A program made the position numbers and the translations under genes. DNA of 38,654 nt from a virus. How positions within the stretch are numbered: position 1 is the stretch's first letter; each line of letters opens with the position of its first letter. This document shows positions 31,569-38,654 of the stretch, one piece after another. The notes under the pieces are model-generated. The model saw only the letters and a program-made list of their open reading frames with translations, was not told the DNA's origin and did no database searches. The stretch covers positions 1 through 38,654 of the IMG/VR virus record IMGVR_UViG_3300045988_033443. The stretch is one strand, 5' to 3'.

Positions 31569-31863
31569 AAGACTTCCCACTGGCCGGCAGTCCCAACAAA
31601 CAACCCAATCGGATTGTTCCGCAGGACACCCACGTTCAACCGCCAGCCAGCGGGAACCATAACTGAATATCGATATTATCCACGCGCCGACCATCTCTCT
31701 GCCGTACATACACTGTCGGCGCATTCGGCTGGGCGACGGTTCGCCCGCCCAAGGATTCCAATCTCTTCTCTCTCTCTATCAAAAACGCAGGCACCCCGGT
31801 GCTTGCAACCCTTCAAAAAACCGCCTGACGGCTTCAGTCACCGTCGGCCACGCCACCGGCCGT

Positions 31864-31947
31864 GAACACGTTCAGGTCGTGTTCCAACAGTCAAAGTGGC
31901 GCTCGGAATCCACGGACGGCACTGGTTCGACTCCAGTGCCAGCCACT
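31864..31947 (+). ncRNA. tRNA-like element: Leu(CAG)-type anticodon hairpin plus acceptor/T-arm minihelix, with no D-arm
   Basis: GAACACG TTCAGGT CGTGTTC (31864-31884). AGTGGC (31895-31900) pairs with GCCACT (31942-31947). GGCACTGG TTCGACT CCAGTGCC (31918-31940). Confidence 0.45.
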
Positions 31948-32004
31948 CAGCCCCATCCACTCGTCAGGGTGGGGCACGCAACGTCAACACGTCAAGGAGC
32001 CACA

Positions 32005-32334
32005 ATGAGCAAAAGGACAACAATGAACAGCGAGAAGAGCAGGACGCTGAGATTCACACTCTCGGCCGAATGCATTGGAAACGAGAACGCCACCAACTCG
32101 ATCATCGGCGAATTCATCATGCCGTTAGACGCATCCGATGATCTGGTATGCAGCGTTCACCCGCCCGGCGACAGACTCGGCGGAATAACCGCACTCGCAG
32201 CCCGAATCGCATGCCAGTCCCTCGACGTTGCGCTCAAAAGGCATATCGAACGCGGCGGCAGCGACACCGTGGAAATGGTTGACGGCCTCTACATCGACCA
32301 CAATGGGAATCTTCAGGACGCCGGCCATGAGTGA
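32005..32334 (+). CDS. hypothetical protein (109 aa)
   Basis: ATG at 32005 follows AAGGAG, in the frame of track ORF 31879..32334. Confidence 0.6.
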   Translation: MSKRTTMNSEKSRTLRFTLSAECIGNENATNSIIGEFIMPLDASDDLVCSVHPPGDRLGGITALAARIACQSLDVALKRHIERGGSDTVEMVDGLYIDHNGNLQDAGHE

Positions 32335-32545
32335 CCTTCTCACACCAAGCGAGCTGGCGGACATGCTCGGCATGAGCACGCGCACCCTGGCGAACTGGCG
32401 AAGCACAGGCAAAGGCCCGCCATACGTGAAAATCGGCGTGGAACCACCGGAAGGCCATCAGGACAGGCGCAAAGTCAGATACCAACGTCAAATCGCGGAA
32501 CGGTGGGCTCTGGCACACGAATACCGAAGAACGGTGGCGAGATGA
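32327..32545 (+). CDS. excisionase-family (HTH_17/MerR-like) DNA-binding protein, candidate Xis
   Basis: LLTPSELADMLGMSTRTLANWRSTGKGPPYVKIG is the typical excisionase-type HTH. Start overlaps the stop of the upstream gene. Confidence 0.6.
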   Translation: MSDLLTPSELADMLGMSTRTLANWRSTGKGPPYVKIGVEPPEGHQDRRKVRYQRQIAERWALAHEYRRTVAR

Positions 32546-32721
32546 AAAACGGCACGTTCGTCTTAGTGACACGGATCCAAAGCAGTCCAAACGTCAAAAG
32601 CGACGGGAAAGCACGCTTCGGCGACAACAATCCGACCCTCACGCAGCAAGGAATCGACGTGGACGAATTCATCAGACAAAACCGTCATCTGATCGAAAGA
32701 CTCAGGAAAGGAAACCATTGA
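32542..32721 (+). CDS. hypothetical protein (59 aa)
   Basis: ATGA coupling, in the frame of track ORF 32503..32721. Confidence 0.5.
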   Translation: MKNGTFVLVTRIQSSPNVKSDGKARFGDNNPTLTQQGIDVDEFIRQNRHLIERLRKGNH

Positions 32722-33371
32722 AACACGAATACAGCAGTGACGAGCTCCGAGAGCTCAAAAGCATTTACGACGAGTCCGGCGAAGCTGGACTCCAGATCGG
32801 CGAAATGCGGGCCCTGCGCAAGGCCGGACTTGCCAAGCAAGACCTACCGCCAGAGCCGGAGAAGCCGCATGAAGACATCCTTGCCGACTATCAGGCCGTC
32901 AGCGATCCCACGCCGAAACCGGCGGAACAGGCGGAACCGTCGAAACGAGACCTCATCCTCGCGCACTGCAAAAAACGCATCGACCAAGGCCAACCGTTCG
33001 ACGGCAAGGAAACCGCCGAAGCGCTCGGCATAAGCCAGAAAACAGCCGGCAACATCATCAGCCAACTCCGCAAGGAAGGACTGCTACCGGCCTTCGACCA
33101 GCATTCCCCCCGCAAAACACGCAAAACCACCACAACCGGAAAGAAGAAAGAAACCATGACCACCACAGTCCAGGAACAGAAGCCGGAAGCCAAGCCGGAA
33201 GAACCGCGCATCATCATCGCAAACGCCTTGGTCGGCATCTTCGACGCGGTGAGCGCCTTGCAGCGCACCGCGTTCCAAGCCAACGACAAGGTGGTTTACG
33301 GCTTCGCCACGAAACTGCTCACCGGCGAATTGATGGACATCAAGGCCAATTACTCGAAGGACGCAAAATGA
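32718..33371 (+). CDS. hypothetical protein with a central HTH-like segment
   Basis: TTG start overlaps the upstream stop. ETAEALGISQKTAGNIISQLRKEGLL is HTH-like. Confidence 0.55.
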   Translation: MKHEYSSDELRELKSIYDESGEAGLQIGEMRALRKAGLAKQDLPPEPEKPHEDILADYQAVSDPTPKPAEQAEPSKRDLILAHCKKRIDQGQPFDGKETAEALGISQKTAGNIISQLRKEGLLPAFDQHSPRKTRKTTTTGKKKETMTTTVQEQKPEAKPEEPRIIIANALVGIFDAVSALQRTAFQANDKVVYGFATKLLTGELMDIKANYSKDAK

Positions 33372-33544
33372 GACTCAAATTCGATAGCGAGAGTGGCGTT
33401 TTCACCATCAAGCCAGAGTCCTTGGCGGAAACCGTCAAGCTCAGGACGTCCGCGTTGGGCATCGCCAATCTCCTGGTCAATTATTTCGACGCCGACATCA
33501 TCAAAGCAGACATAAACAAGCCAAGCAATCAGCAGGGAGCCTGA
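33368..33544 (+). CDS. hypothetical protein (58 aa)
   Basis: ATGA coupling. Ends 1 nt before the exonuclease start. Below the track threshold. Confidence 0.45.
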   Translation: MRLKFDSESGVFTIKPESLAETVKLRTSALGIANLLVNYFDADIIKADINKPSNQQGA

Positions 33545-33545
33545 A

Positions 33546-34508
33546 ATGAAGCGTATCCCCCTCAAGGACACGGAACGCTACACGGTCGAGCGCTTCAAGC
33601 AGTGCAAGAAGACGGAACGTGAGCTCGCTTGGCTGAAGAGCCGTAAGGCGGGTGTGGGCGGCTCGGATATGAGCACGATTCTCGGCCTTAACGCTTTCAA
33701 AACGCCTTACGAATTGTGGCTGGAGAAGACGGGTCGCGTGGAGCCGGAGGACATTTCCGACAAGTGGGCGATCGTCAAGGGCAATGCCCTGGAAAACGAA
33801 TTGAGGAAGCGATTCCGCGCGGCACATCCCGAAATGCTGGTCACGGACGGTACGGACAAGCAATTCATCAGCCGGGAGAAGCCGTACCTGCGTGCCTCTC
33901 TCGACGGCATCCTGCAAAGGGAGGACGGCAGCTTTGGAATTCTTGAGATCAAGACGGCGGGTGGTCGTCGGGCGGGGGACTGGCATGACGAGGACGGAAA
34001 CCTCCGTATTCCGCCTTACTATCTCGCTCAGGTCGAATTCTACGCGCTCGTCACCGGCTGGACATGGGGCTACGTTTACGCCGCCATCGGGGACGATGAG
34101 CCGGTAGAGATTCCATTCGAGGCTGACGTGGAGGATATGGCCGCGATCGACAAGGCCGCGACCGATTTCTGGCATTTCGTCATCACGGGCACGCCGCCGC
34201 AGTTGACCGGCGGGGACGTGCAGAAGGCGTTCCCCGAGCCGACGCCAGACATCGTGGACGAAAGCGACGATGACGACCTCTACGTCCTGCTCGCCAGATA
34301 CGAGAGCGCCACCGGCATGATGAAGGATCTGAAGGCCATGCAGAAGGAATTGCAGGAGCAGATCATCGTGCGCATCGGTTCGCATTCGGGCGTCCGCTGC
34401 GGCAACCTCCAAGCCACCTACAGGCCGACGACCCGTAAGGAATACACCGTCAAAGCCACGACATACCGCAAATTCGCATTCAAATCCATCGAAGAAAAGG
34501 AGCAATAA
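33546..34508 (+). CDS. YqaJ-type (lambda Exo-like, PD-(D/E)XK) recombination exonuclease
   Basis: GVGGSDMSTILGLNAFKTPYELW...ASLDGIL...LEIKT motifs. Lies directly upstream of recT. Confidence 0.8.
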   Translation: MKRIPLKDTERYTVERFKQCKKTERELAWLKSRKAGVGGSDMSTILGLNAFKTPYELWLEKTGRVEPEDISDKWAIVKGNALENELRKRFRAAHPEMLVTDGTDKQFISREKPYLRASLDGILQREDGSFGILEIKTAGGRRAGDWHDEDGNLRIPPYYLAQVEFYALVTGWTWGYVYAAIGDDEPVEIPFEADVEDMAAIDKAATDFWHFVITGTPPQLTGGDVQKAFPEPTPDIVDESDDDDLYVLLARYESATGMMKDLKAMQKELQEQIIVRIGSHSGVRCGNLQATYRPTTRKEYTVKATTYRKFAFKSIEEKEQ

Positions 34509-34510
34509 TC

Positions 34511-35347
34511 ATGGGAGCAATCGCACAGCAGGCGCAGGGCCGGCAGATGGTCGAAATGACGCCGAAGAAGAACCTCCAGATGCTGATGAAGAAAAGCTGG
34601 CCGCGCATCGCCAGCGTGGTCGGCAACAACATCAGCCCCGACCGCCTCTACCAGATGTGCGTCAGCGCCATCAACAAGACGCCGAAACTGGCGGAATGCT
34701 CGCCGCAGAGCGTGCTTTCCTGCTTCATGACCTGCTCGGCCTTGGGGCTTGAGCCGTCCAACGTGGATGGATTGGGACGCGCCTACGTGCTGCCCTTTTA
34801 CAACAAGAAGTCCGGCGGCATGGAAGCCACGTTCATCATGGGCTATCGTGGCATGATCGATTTGGCGCGACGTAGCGGCCAGCTCGTGGACATCAGCGCC
34901 CGAGCCGTACACCAGGGAGACGAATTCTCCTACAGCTACGGATTGAACGAGGATCTGCACCACGTGCCATGCGCCAACCCCGGCGAACTGACCCACGTGT
35001 ACATGGTCGCGCATTTCAAGGACGGCGGCCACTACTTCCTCGTCCTGAACCGTCAGGAGATCGAGCAGGCGAGGGCGCGTAGCAAGAGCGGCAATTTCGG
35101 CCCGTGGAAGACAGATTACGAGGCCATGGCCAAGAAGACCGCCATCCGCCGCGCGGCGCCTTATCTGCCGTTGACGGTGCAGGCGCAGACCGCCGCCGCC
35201 AGCGATGACACCACGCCGGATTACGGCGACGTGTTCCAGCCGGTGCTTGATGACAATGGCGATGATGGAGCTGATGACGTGACCGCCGAGGTCATGGAGC
35301 CGGACGTTGAAGCCGGGCAGCAGACTGAAGTGAAGGAGGCCGAGTGA
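34511..35347 (+). CDS. recT: RecT-family single-strand annealing protein
   Basis: CSPQSVLSCFMTCSALGLEPS...GRAYVLPF... is typical of RecT. Paired with the YqaJ exonuclease. Confidence 0.85.
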   Translation: MGAIAQQAQGRQMVEMTPKKNLQMLMKKSWPRIASVVGNNISPDRLYQMCVSAINKTPKLAECSPQSVLSCFMTCSALGLEPSNVDGLGRAYVLPFYNKKSGGMEATFIMGYRGMIDLARRSGQLVDISARAVHQGDEFSYSYGLNEDLHHVPCANPGELTHVYMVAHFKDGGHYFLVLNRQEIEQARARSKSGNFGPWKTDYEAMAKKTAIRRAAPYLPLTVQAQTAAASDDTTPDYGDVFQPVLDDNGDDGADDVTAEVMEPDVEAGQQTEVKEAE

Positions 35348-35832
35348 TGGCCGGAGAGACTGTTATCACGATCATTGGCAATCTGACCGCAGATCCGGAG
35401 ATGCGCACGACCCGCAATGGTGCCACGGTGGCGAATTTCAGCATCGCGGCCACGCCGCGCGTATACAACAGCCAGGCCAACCAGTGGGAGGACGGCGACG
35501 CTTTGTTCATGCGCTGCACCGCTTGGCGCGACCTCGCCACGCATTGCGCCCAATCGCTCCGCAAGGGAATGCGCGTCATCGCCCAGGGCAGGCTGCAGCA
35601 GCGTTCCTATCAGGCGCAGGACGGTTCCAACCGCACTGTGATCGAGTTGCAGGTTGACGAGATCGGACCGTCGCTCAAGTATGCGACGGCGCAGGTGCAG
35701 AAGATGCAGTCAGGCGGATACCAAGGCAACGCCAATGGCGGCGGCTATCAGCAGCCGCAGCAGGCACAACAGCAGTCGCAGGCTCCTGCCGATGATCCGT
35801 GGGGCGCTCCGGCTGGAGAGCCTGATTTCTGA
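35347..35832 (+). CDS. ssb: single-stranded DNA-binding protein
   Basis: MAGETVITIIGNLTADPEMRTTRNGATVANFSIA OB-fold. Gln/Gly-rich tail ending DDPWGAPAGEPDF. Confidence 0.9.
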   Translation: MAGETVITIIGNLTADPEMRTTRNGATVANFSIAATPRVYNSQANQWEDGDALFMRCTAWRDLATHCAQSLRKGMRVIAQGRLQQRSYQAQDGSNRTVIELQVDEIGPSLKYATAQVQKMQSGGYQGNANGGGYQQPQQAQQQSQAPADDPWGAPAGEPDF

Positions 35833-35996
35833 TGCGCGAATGGATTGAGTCACCGGACGTGCTGCCGGTCTGTCCCAAACATGGGTGCGCGCTGTATCCG
35901 GCGCGCCCCATTCCATGCCCCGAATGTGAGGCCGAAAGCGAAGACCATTACGCGGACATTGGCGATGCCGACATTTGGATTTTGGAGGACGAATGA
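35832..35996 (+). CDS. 54-aa zinc-ribbon protein
   Basis: CPKHGC...CPEC. Coupled to the ssb stop and the rusA start (ATGA). Below the track threshold. Confidence 0.45.
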   Translation: MREWIESPDVLPVCPKHGCALYPARPIPCPECEAESEDHYADIGDADIWILEDE

Positions 35997-36385
35997 CGCA
36001 GGAAACCACCATCGACGTGCAGAAGGCCTACTGGTGGACCCAGAACAAGCGTGGAGACTGGCGGGCGAAATACCGGCGCACCAGCGTCGTGAAAAGATGC
36101 GCCTACCTCACCTACCGCAGTCTCATCAACAGCGGCAAACTCAAGCCGCCCGCCAAATGGCCGGTGCACGTGACCGCCATCATCCACCCATTGACACACG
36201 GCAGATTCGACCCCGAGAACGCGGCGCCGATGGTCAAGGCAATCTTGGACGCCATCACACAAGCCGATTTCTGGCCGGACGATAACGCCAGATACGTGGT
36301 CGGCCCGGACTACAGGCTAGGCGAGCCAAGCACCGAAAAAGGCGTCTACCACATCACAATCCGAATCGAAGAGGAAGAACACTAA
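35993..36385 (+). CDS. rusA: RusA-family Holliday junction resolvase
   Basis: ATG at 35993 follows GGAGGA. FDPENAAPMVKAILDAITQADFWPDDNARYV matches the RusA-type acidic motif. Confidence 0.75.
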   Translation: MTQETTIDVQKAYWWTQNKRGDWRAKYRRTSVVKRCAYLTYRSLINSGKLKPPAKWPVHVTAIIHPLTHGRFDPENAAPMVKAILDAITQADFWPDDNARYVVGPDYRLGEPSTEKGVYHITIRIEEEEH

Positions 36386-36387
36386 TC

Positions 36388-36633
36388 ATGGCGACGAACG
36401 TGACTGAGAAAGACAAGACACTGCAAGAGATCATCGACTGGTGCGAGCAGCTTGAGATTGATGGCTTGAGGCTTGCAAACGCTCTTCTGATGCAGCGTGA
36501 CACGACCGCATACGGTGTCGTGAAGGGGCAAATCGACGCATACGGAAAGACAGCTGACCACTGCCGTTCCATGCTCGGCTACAGCGGCTCCATGCTGTCC
36601 GAAGTGCCAAATCAAAACGAGGACGCGAAATGA
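36388..36633 (+). CDS. hypothetical protein
   Basis: Track ORF. Confidence 0.55.
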   Translation: MATNVTEKDKTLQEIIDWCEQLEIDGLRLANALLMQRDTTAYGVVKGQIDAYGKTADHCRSMLGYSGSMLSEVPNQNEDAK

Positions 36634-36836
36634 GTAAACGGTACAAGGTTTGCCCACTTTTTTGGAGTGATTACGGCTGTAAACGCACCTTGATGAATAT
36701 GGGTGCGTTTGAAGAGTTGCTGAACGAGGGTTGGCAGATTCTGCGGGTGGATACCATGCCGCCAACGGAATTGCGTGATAACGCCGTCGCAGCGACGAAC
36801 GTCTACATCCTTGAGAGGGAGGCTAATGATGATTAG
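36630..36836 (+). CDS. hypothetical protein
   Basis: Track ORF with ATGA coupling. Confidence 0.55.
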   Translation: MSKRYKVCPLFWSDYGCKRTLMNMGAFEELLNEGWQILRVDTMPPTELRDNAVAATNVYILEREANDD

Positions 36837-37077
36837 TCAATACGACAAGGACATGTGTTGCCTGTATATCGCTGAGGGGATGAGCTACATCTGGCAACAA
36901 AAAGGGAACCAAGAGCTTCCCCGAATACTTGAATCATTGGCCGATAGGAAGCTCATGAAGCGTGTCCATGGCGGGTATGCGATCACACTCAAGGGCCTGT
37001 TGGCAGTCAAGGTGTGGAGACTTCACCTGTTCCTGTTCCATCACGATGAATACAAGTACTTCAGGAGGAAGAAATGA
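36826..37077 (+). CDS. hypothetical protein (83 aa)
   Basis: ATGATG at 36826 follows GAGGGAGG, in the frame of track ORF 36775..37077. Confidence 0.5.
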   Translation: MMISQYDKDMCCLYIAEGMSYIWQQKGNQELPRILESLADRKLMKRVHGGYAITLKGLLAVKVWRLHLFLFHHDEYKYFRRKK

Positions 37078-37409
37078 GTATCGCAGAGGATGAAGCGGAG
37101 AGGGTGTACCCAACCCGCTATTGGGATGGAACGCATGTCAAGGAAAAGTTCTACTGCGACACGGACGATTTGCAGGAAGCTTACCTGCGAGGCCGCGAAG
37201 CGCCACCGTCTGACGTTGAGGTGGAGGCCGTGGCAAAACGCTTGCTATGGCGAAGCTGCAAGAAGTGGGATGGCATCGAAAGCGACTGTGTGGCGAAGGA
37301 CGAAGATGACGCATGGAATTATGCCGGTGAGATTCCCGGCTTCCAGGAGGAATATATCAGACAGGCCAAGGAAATGCTCGAAATCGCACGGAAGGCGGTA
37401 AACGAATGA
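37074..37409 (+). CDS. hypothetical protein
   Basis: Track ORF with ATGA coupling. Confidence 0.55.
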   Translation: MSIAEDEAERVYPTRYWDGTHVKEKFYCDTDDLQEAYLRGREAPPSDVEVEAVAKRLLWRSCKKWDGIESDCVAKDEDDAWNYAGEIPGFQEEYIRQAKEMLEIARKAVNE

Positions 37410-37540
37410 GCAAGGCAATCCGATATGTCGAGTGCGCCCACTGCGGCGAGACGGTGGGCAGCTATTACGTCACCTGCCCTTACTGCGGGTACCGGCTGGT
37501 GGACGCGAAGCAAGCCGTAATGGACGGCATGTCATGGTGA
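37406..37540 (+). CDS. 44-aa zinc-ribbon protein (CAHCG...CPYCG)
   Basis: ATGA coupling. Two CxxC pairs. Below the track threshold. Confidence 0.45.
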   Translation: MSKAIRYVECAHCGETVGSYYVTCPYCGYRLVDAKQAVMDGMSW

Positions 37541-37710
37541 CGCTCGACCCACCACCGGACTTGGTGGAGATCGCGGAAGCATTGGACATCATGGCCAAGC
37601 CGCACGTCGGCAGCGGCTGGGCGAACACTAACTACACCGACCTGCCCTGCACCACGCCACGGCAGGAAGCAATCTGGATGGAATATAACGGAATCACAAG
37701 AGGAGATTAG
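37534..37710 (+). CDS. hypothetical protein (58 aa)
   Basis: ATG at 37534, in the frame of track ORF 37432..37710. Confidence 0.4.
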   Translation: MVTLDPPPDLVEIAEALDIMAKPHVGSGWANTNYTDLPCTTPRQEAIWMEYNGITRGD

Positions 37711-37713
37711 GCG

Positions 37714-38511
37714 ATGGCCAGACGCGGCTACGTGCAGCTCGTGAACGAATTCTACGCTAACGAGAAGGTGCAGGAACTGGCCCGCAGCGGACGCATGGAC
37801 GCTGTTGGAGTCTTCTGCATGGCTTTGACGTATTGCGGCGACCATCTCACGGACGGATTCGTGCCGCGCCGCGCCATGCTCTATGTCATCGGCGCCACGG
37901 GCGAGCAGGTCAACGCACTGTGCGATGTCGGAATGCTCGAAGCGGTTGACGAAGGCTGGCTGATCCACGACTACACCGAGCACAACCGCACCAAAGAGCA
38001 GGTATTGCACGCCCGCGCCGACGCGAAGGAACGCAAGAGCAGGTCACGTGGTGGTCACAGCAGTGTCACGGCAGTGTCACAGCGTGACATGCGTGTGACA
38101 TCGGGACAAACACCAGAACACCAGAACACCAGAACCCAAAAGAAAGATGAAGAAGAATATTCTTCTTCATCCAAAGAAATCGGGCTGAACGACTTCGAGC
38201 TGGTCAGGGAGAAAGCCCACGCCAATGCCGCCATAATCCGCGATTACCCGAATCTCGACCTGTCGGACGCGTGGAATGCCTTCGCCGCTCGCCACTACGG
38301 CGAGACACGCACCGTCAACGACTGGACACGACTCTGGAAAGGCTGGTGTCAACGCAGGGCCAACATGAGCGGCATACCACCCTCGAAACCACACATACAC
38401 ACGTGGCAGTGCGAACACGTGCTACAGGCGCTCGGACGAAACAAGGAAACCGCCACACCAGACCAACGAGCCTGCCAGATGGCGAAACAACTCAACAAGG
38501 AGAAATCATGA
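37714..38511 (+). CDS. hypothetical DNA-binding/replication-organiser-like protein
   Basis: 265 aa. Structured N-terminal domain followed by a basic, low-complexity linker. No confident family assignment. Confidence 0.5.
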   Translation: MARRGYVQLVNEFYANEKVQELARSGRMDAVGVFCMALTYCGDHLTDGFVPRRAMLYVIGATGEQVNALCDVGMLEAVDEGWLIHDYTEHNRTKEQVLHARADAKERKSRSRGGHSSVTAVSQRDMRVTSGQTPEHQNTRTQKKDEEEYSSSSKEIGLNDFELVREKAHANAAIIRDYPNLDLSDAWNAFAARHYGETRTVNDWTRLWKGWCQRRANMSGIPPSKPHIHTWQCEHVLQALGRNKETATPDQRACQMAKQLNKEKS

Positions 38512-38609
38512 AACACGACGAACCGGAAACTATGTACAGCCGTGAATGGTTGGAACACGAACGCCGCAAGGCATGGCAGGAAGGCTACGCAGCCGGATGG
38601 AAAGACTAG
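38508..38609 (+). CDS. 33-aa hypothetical protein
   Basis: ATGA coupling to the upstream gene. The stop lies inside the terminal repeat. Confidence 0.35.
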   Translation: MKHDEPETMYSREWLEHERRKAWQEGYAAGWKD

Positions 38610-38654
38610 GAATGCGACTTCCCGCAATATACAAGCGAAAACCCATACAAGGAG
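38600..38654. repeat. terminal direct repeat copy 2 (identical to 1-55)
   Basis: Same 55-mer as at the window start. This is the pattern of a circular assembly overlap. Confidence 0.97.

Larger units (their letters stand above)
1..38599. mobile_element. one complete unit of a circularly closed temperate siphovirus-type phage genome (packaging, HK97-like head, long tail, lysis, integration, immunity, recombination modules)
   Basis: Exact 55-nt overlap of the window ends. Full phage gene complement in canonical order. Tyrosine integrase next to an attP carrying a tRNA 3' end. Confidence 0.9.

Noticed and set aside
31614-31865. An 83-aa ORF in the structured non-coding region.
   Set aside because: It has no RBS and a Pro/Arg-rich translation, and it spans several stable hairpins and palindromes.
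35845-36285. A 146-aa ORF overlapping the Zn-ribbon ORF and rusA.
   Set aside because: The translation is Arg-rich and low in complexity. The alternative frames give a coupled zinc-ribbon protein and a RusA-like protein with recognisable motifs.
1-38654. A search for a diversity-generating retroelement, a Rin-type invertase shufflon, or anti-CRISPR/defence operons with known signatures.
   Set aside because: No reverse transcriptase, serine invertase, template/variable repeat pair or other recognisable signature was seen in any frame. The only candidate variation mechanisms found are the poly-G tract and the direct repeats reported above.

Overview
The window is one complete, circularly closed genome of a GC-rich temperate siphovirus-type phage. 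The first 55 nt (1-55) are identical to the last 55 nt (38600-38654), so the unique unit is 38,599 bp. An actinobacterial, Bifidobacterium-like host is only a guess from composition and protein style. Almost all real genes are on the + strand. The many long minus-strand ORFs in the track are high-GC artefacts.

Gene order:
- small genes and a Zn-ribbon/HTH protein
- an aberrant tRNA-like gene (1202-1358)
- HNH endonuclease, TerS, TerL, portal, HK97-type prohead protease and major capsid
- head-tail connectors
- major tail protein with a -1 frameshift Ig-like (Big_2) extension
- tail chaperone G/GT with a GGGAAAA frameshift
- tape measure, Dit, and a 1636-aa Tal/fibre protein
- three tandem small receptor-binding-like paralogs; the first is interrupted by a G10 tract
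- lysis genes
- a hairpin-repeat 'moron' region
- two minus-strand accessory genes
- tyrosine integrase plus an attP that carries a tRNA 3' end
- an accessory island with a membrane-anchored DEDDh exonuclease and a lipoprotein
- ImmA-like protease and XRE repressor, facing a divergent Cro-like gene
- a roughly 430-bp structured non-coding region containing a second tRNA-like element
- Xis-like HTH, YqaJ exonuclease, RecT, SSB and RusA
- small late-early genes

Most unusual observations:
- a tRNA-shaped gene whose anticodon arm is replaced by about 100 nt
- a second tRNA-like minihelix with a Leu(CAG)-type anticodon hairpin, sharing a 15-nt T-arm core with the first
- the poly-G switch in the receptor-binding cassette
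- a thrice-repeated strand-specific hairpin
- the membrane-tethered exonuclease

All calls come from reading the sequence and translations by eye. No searches were run.
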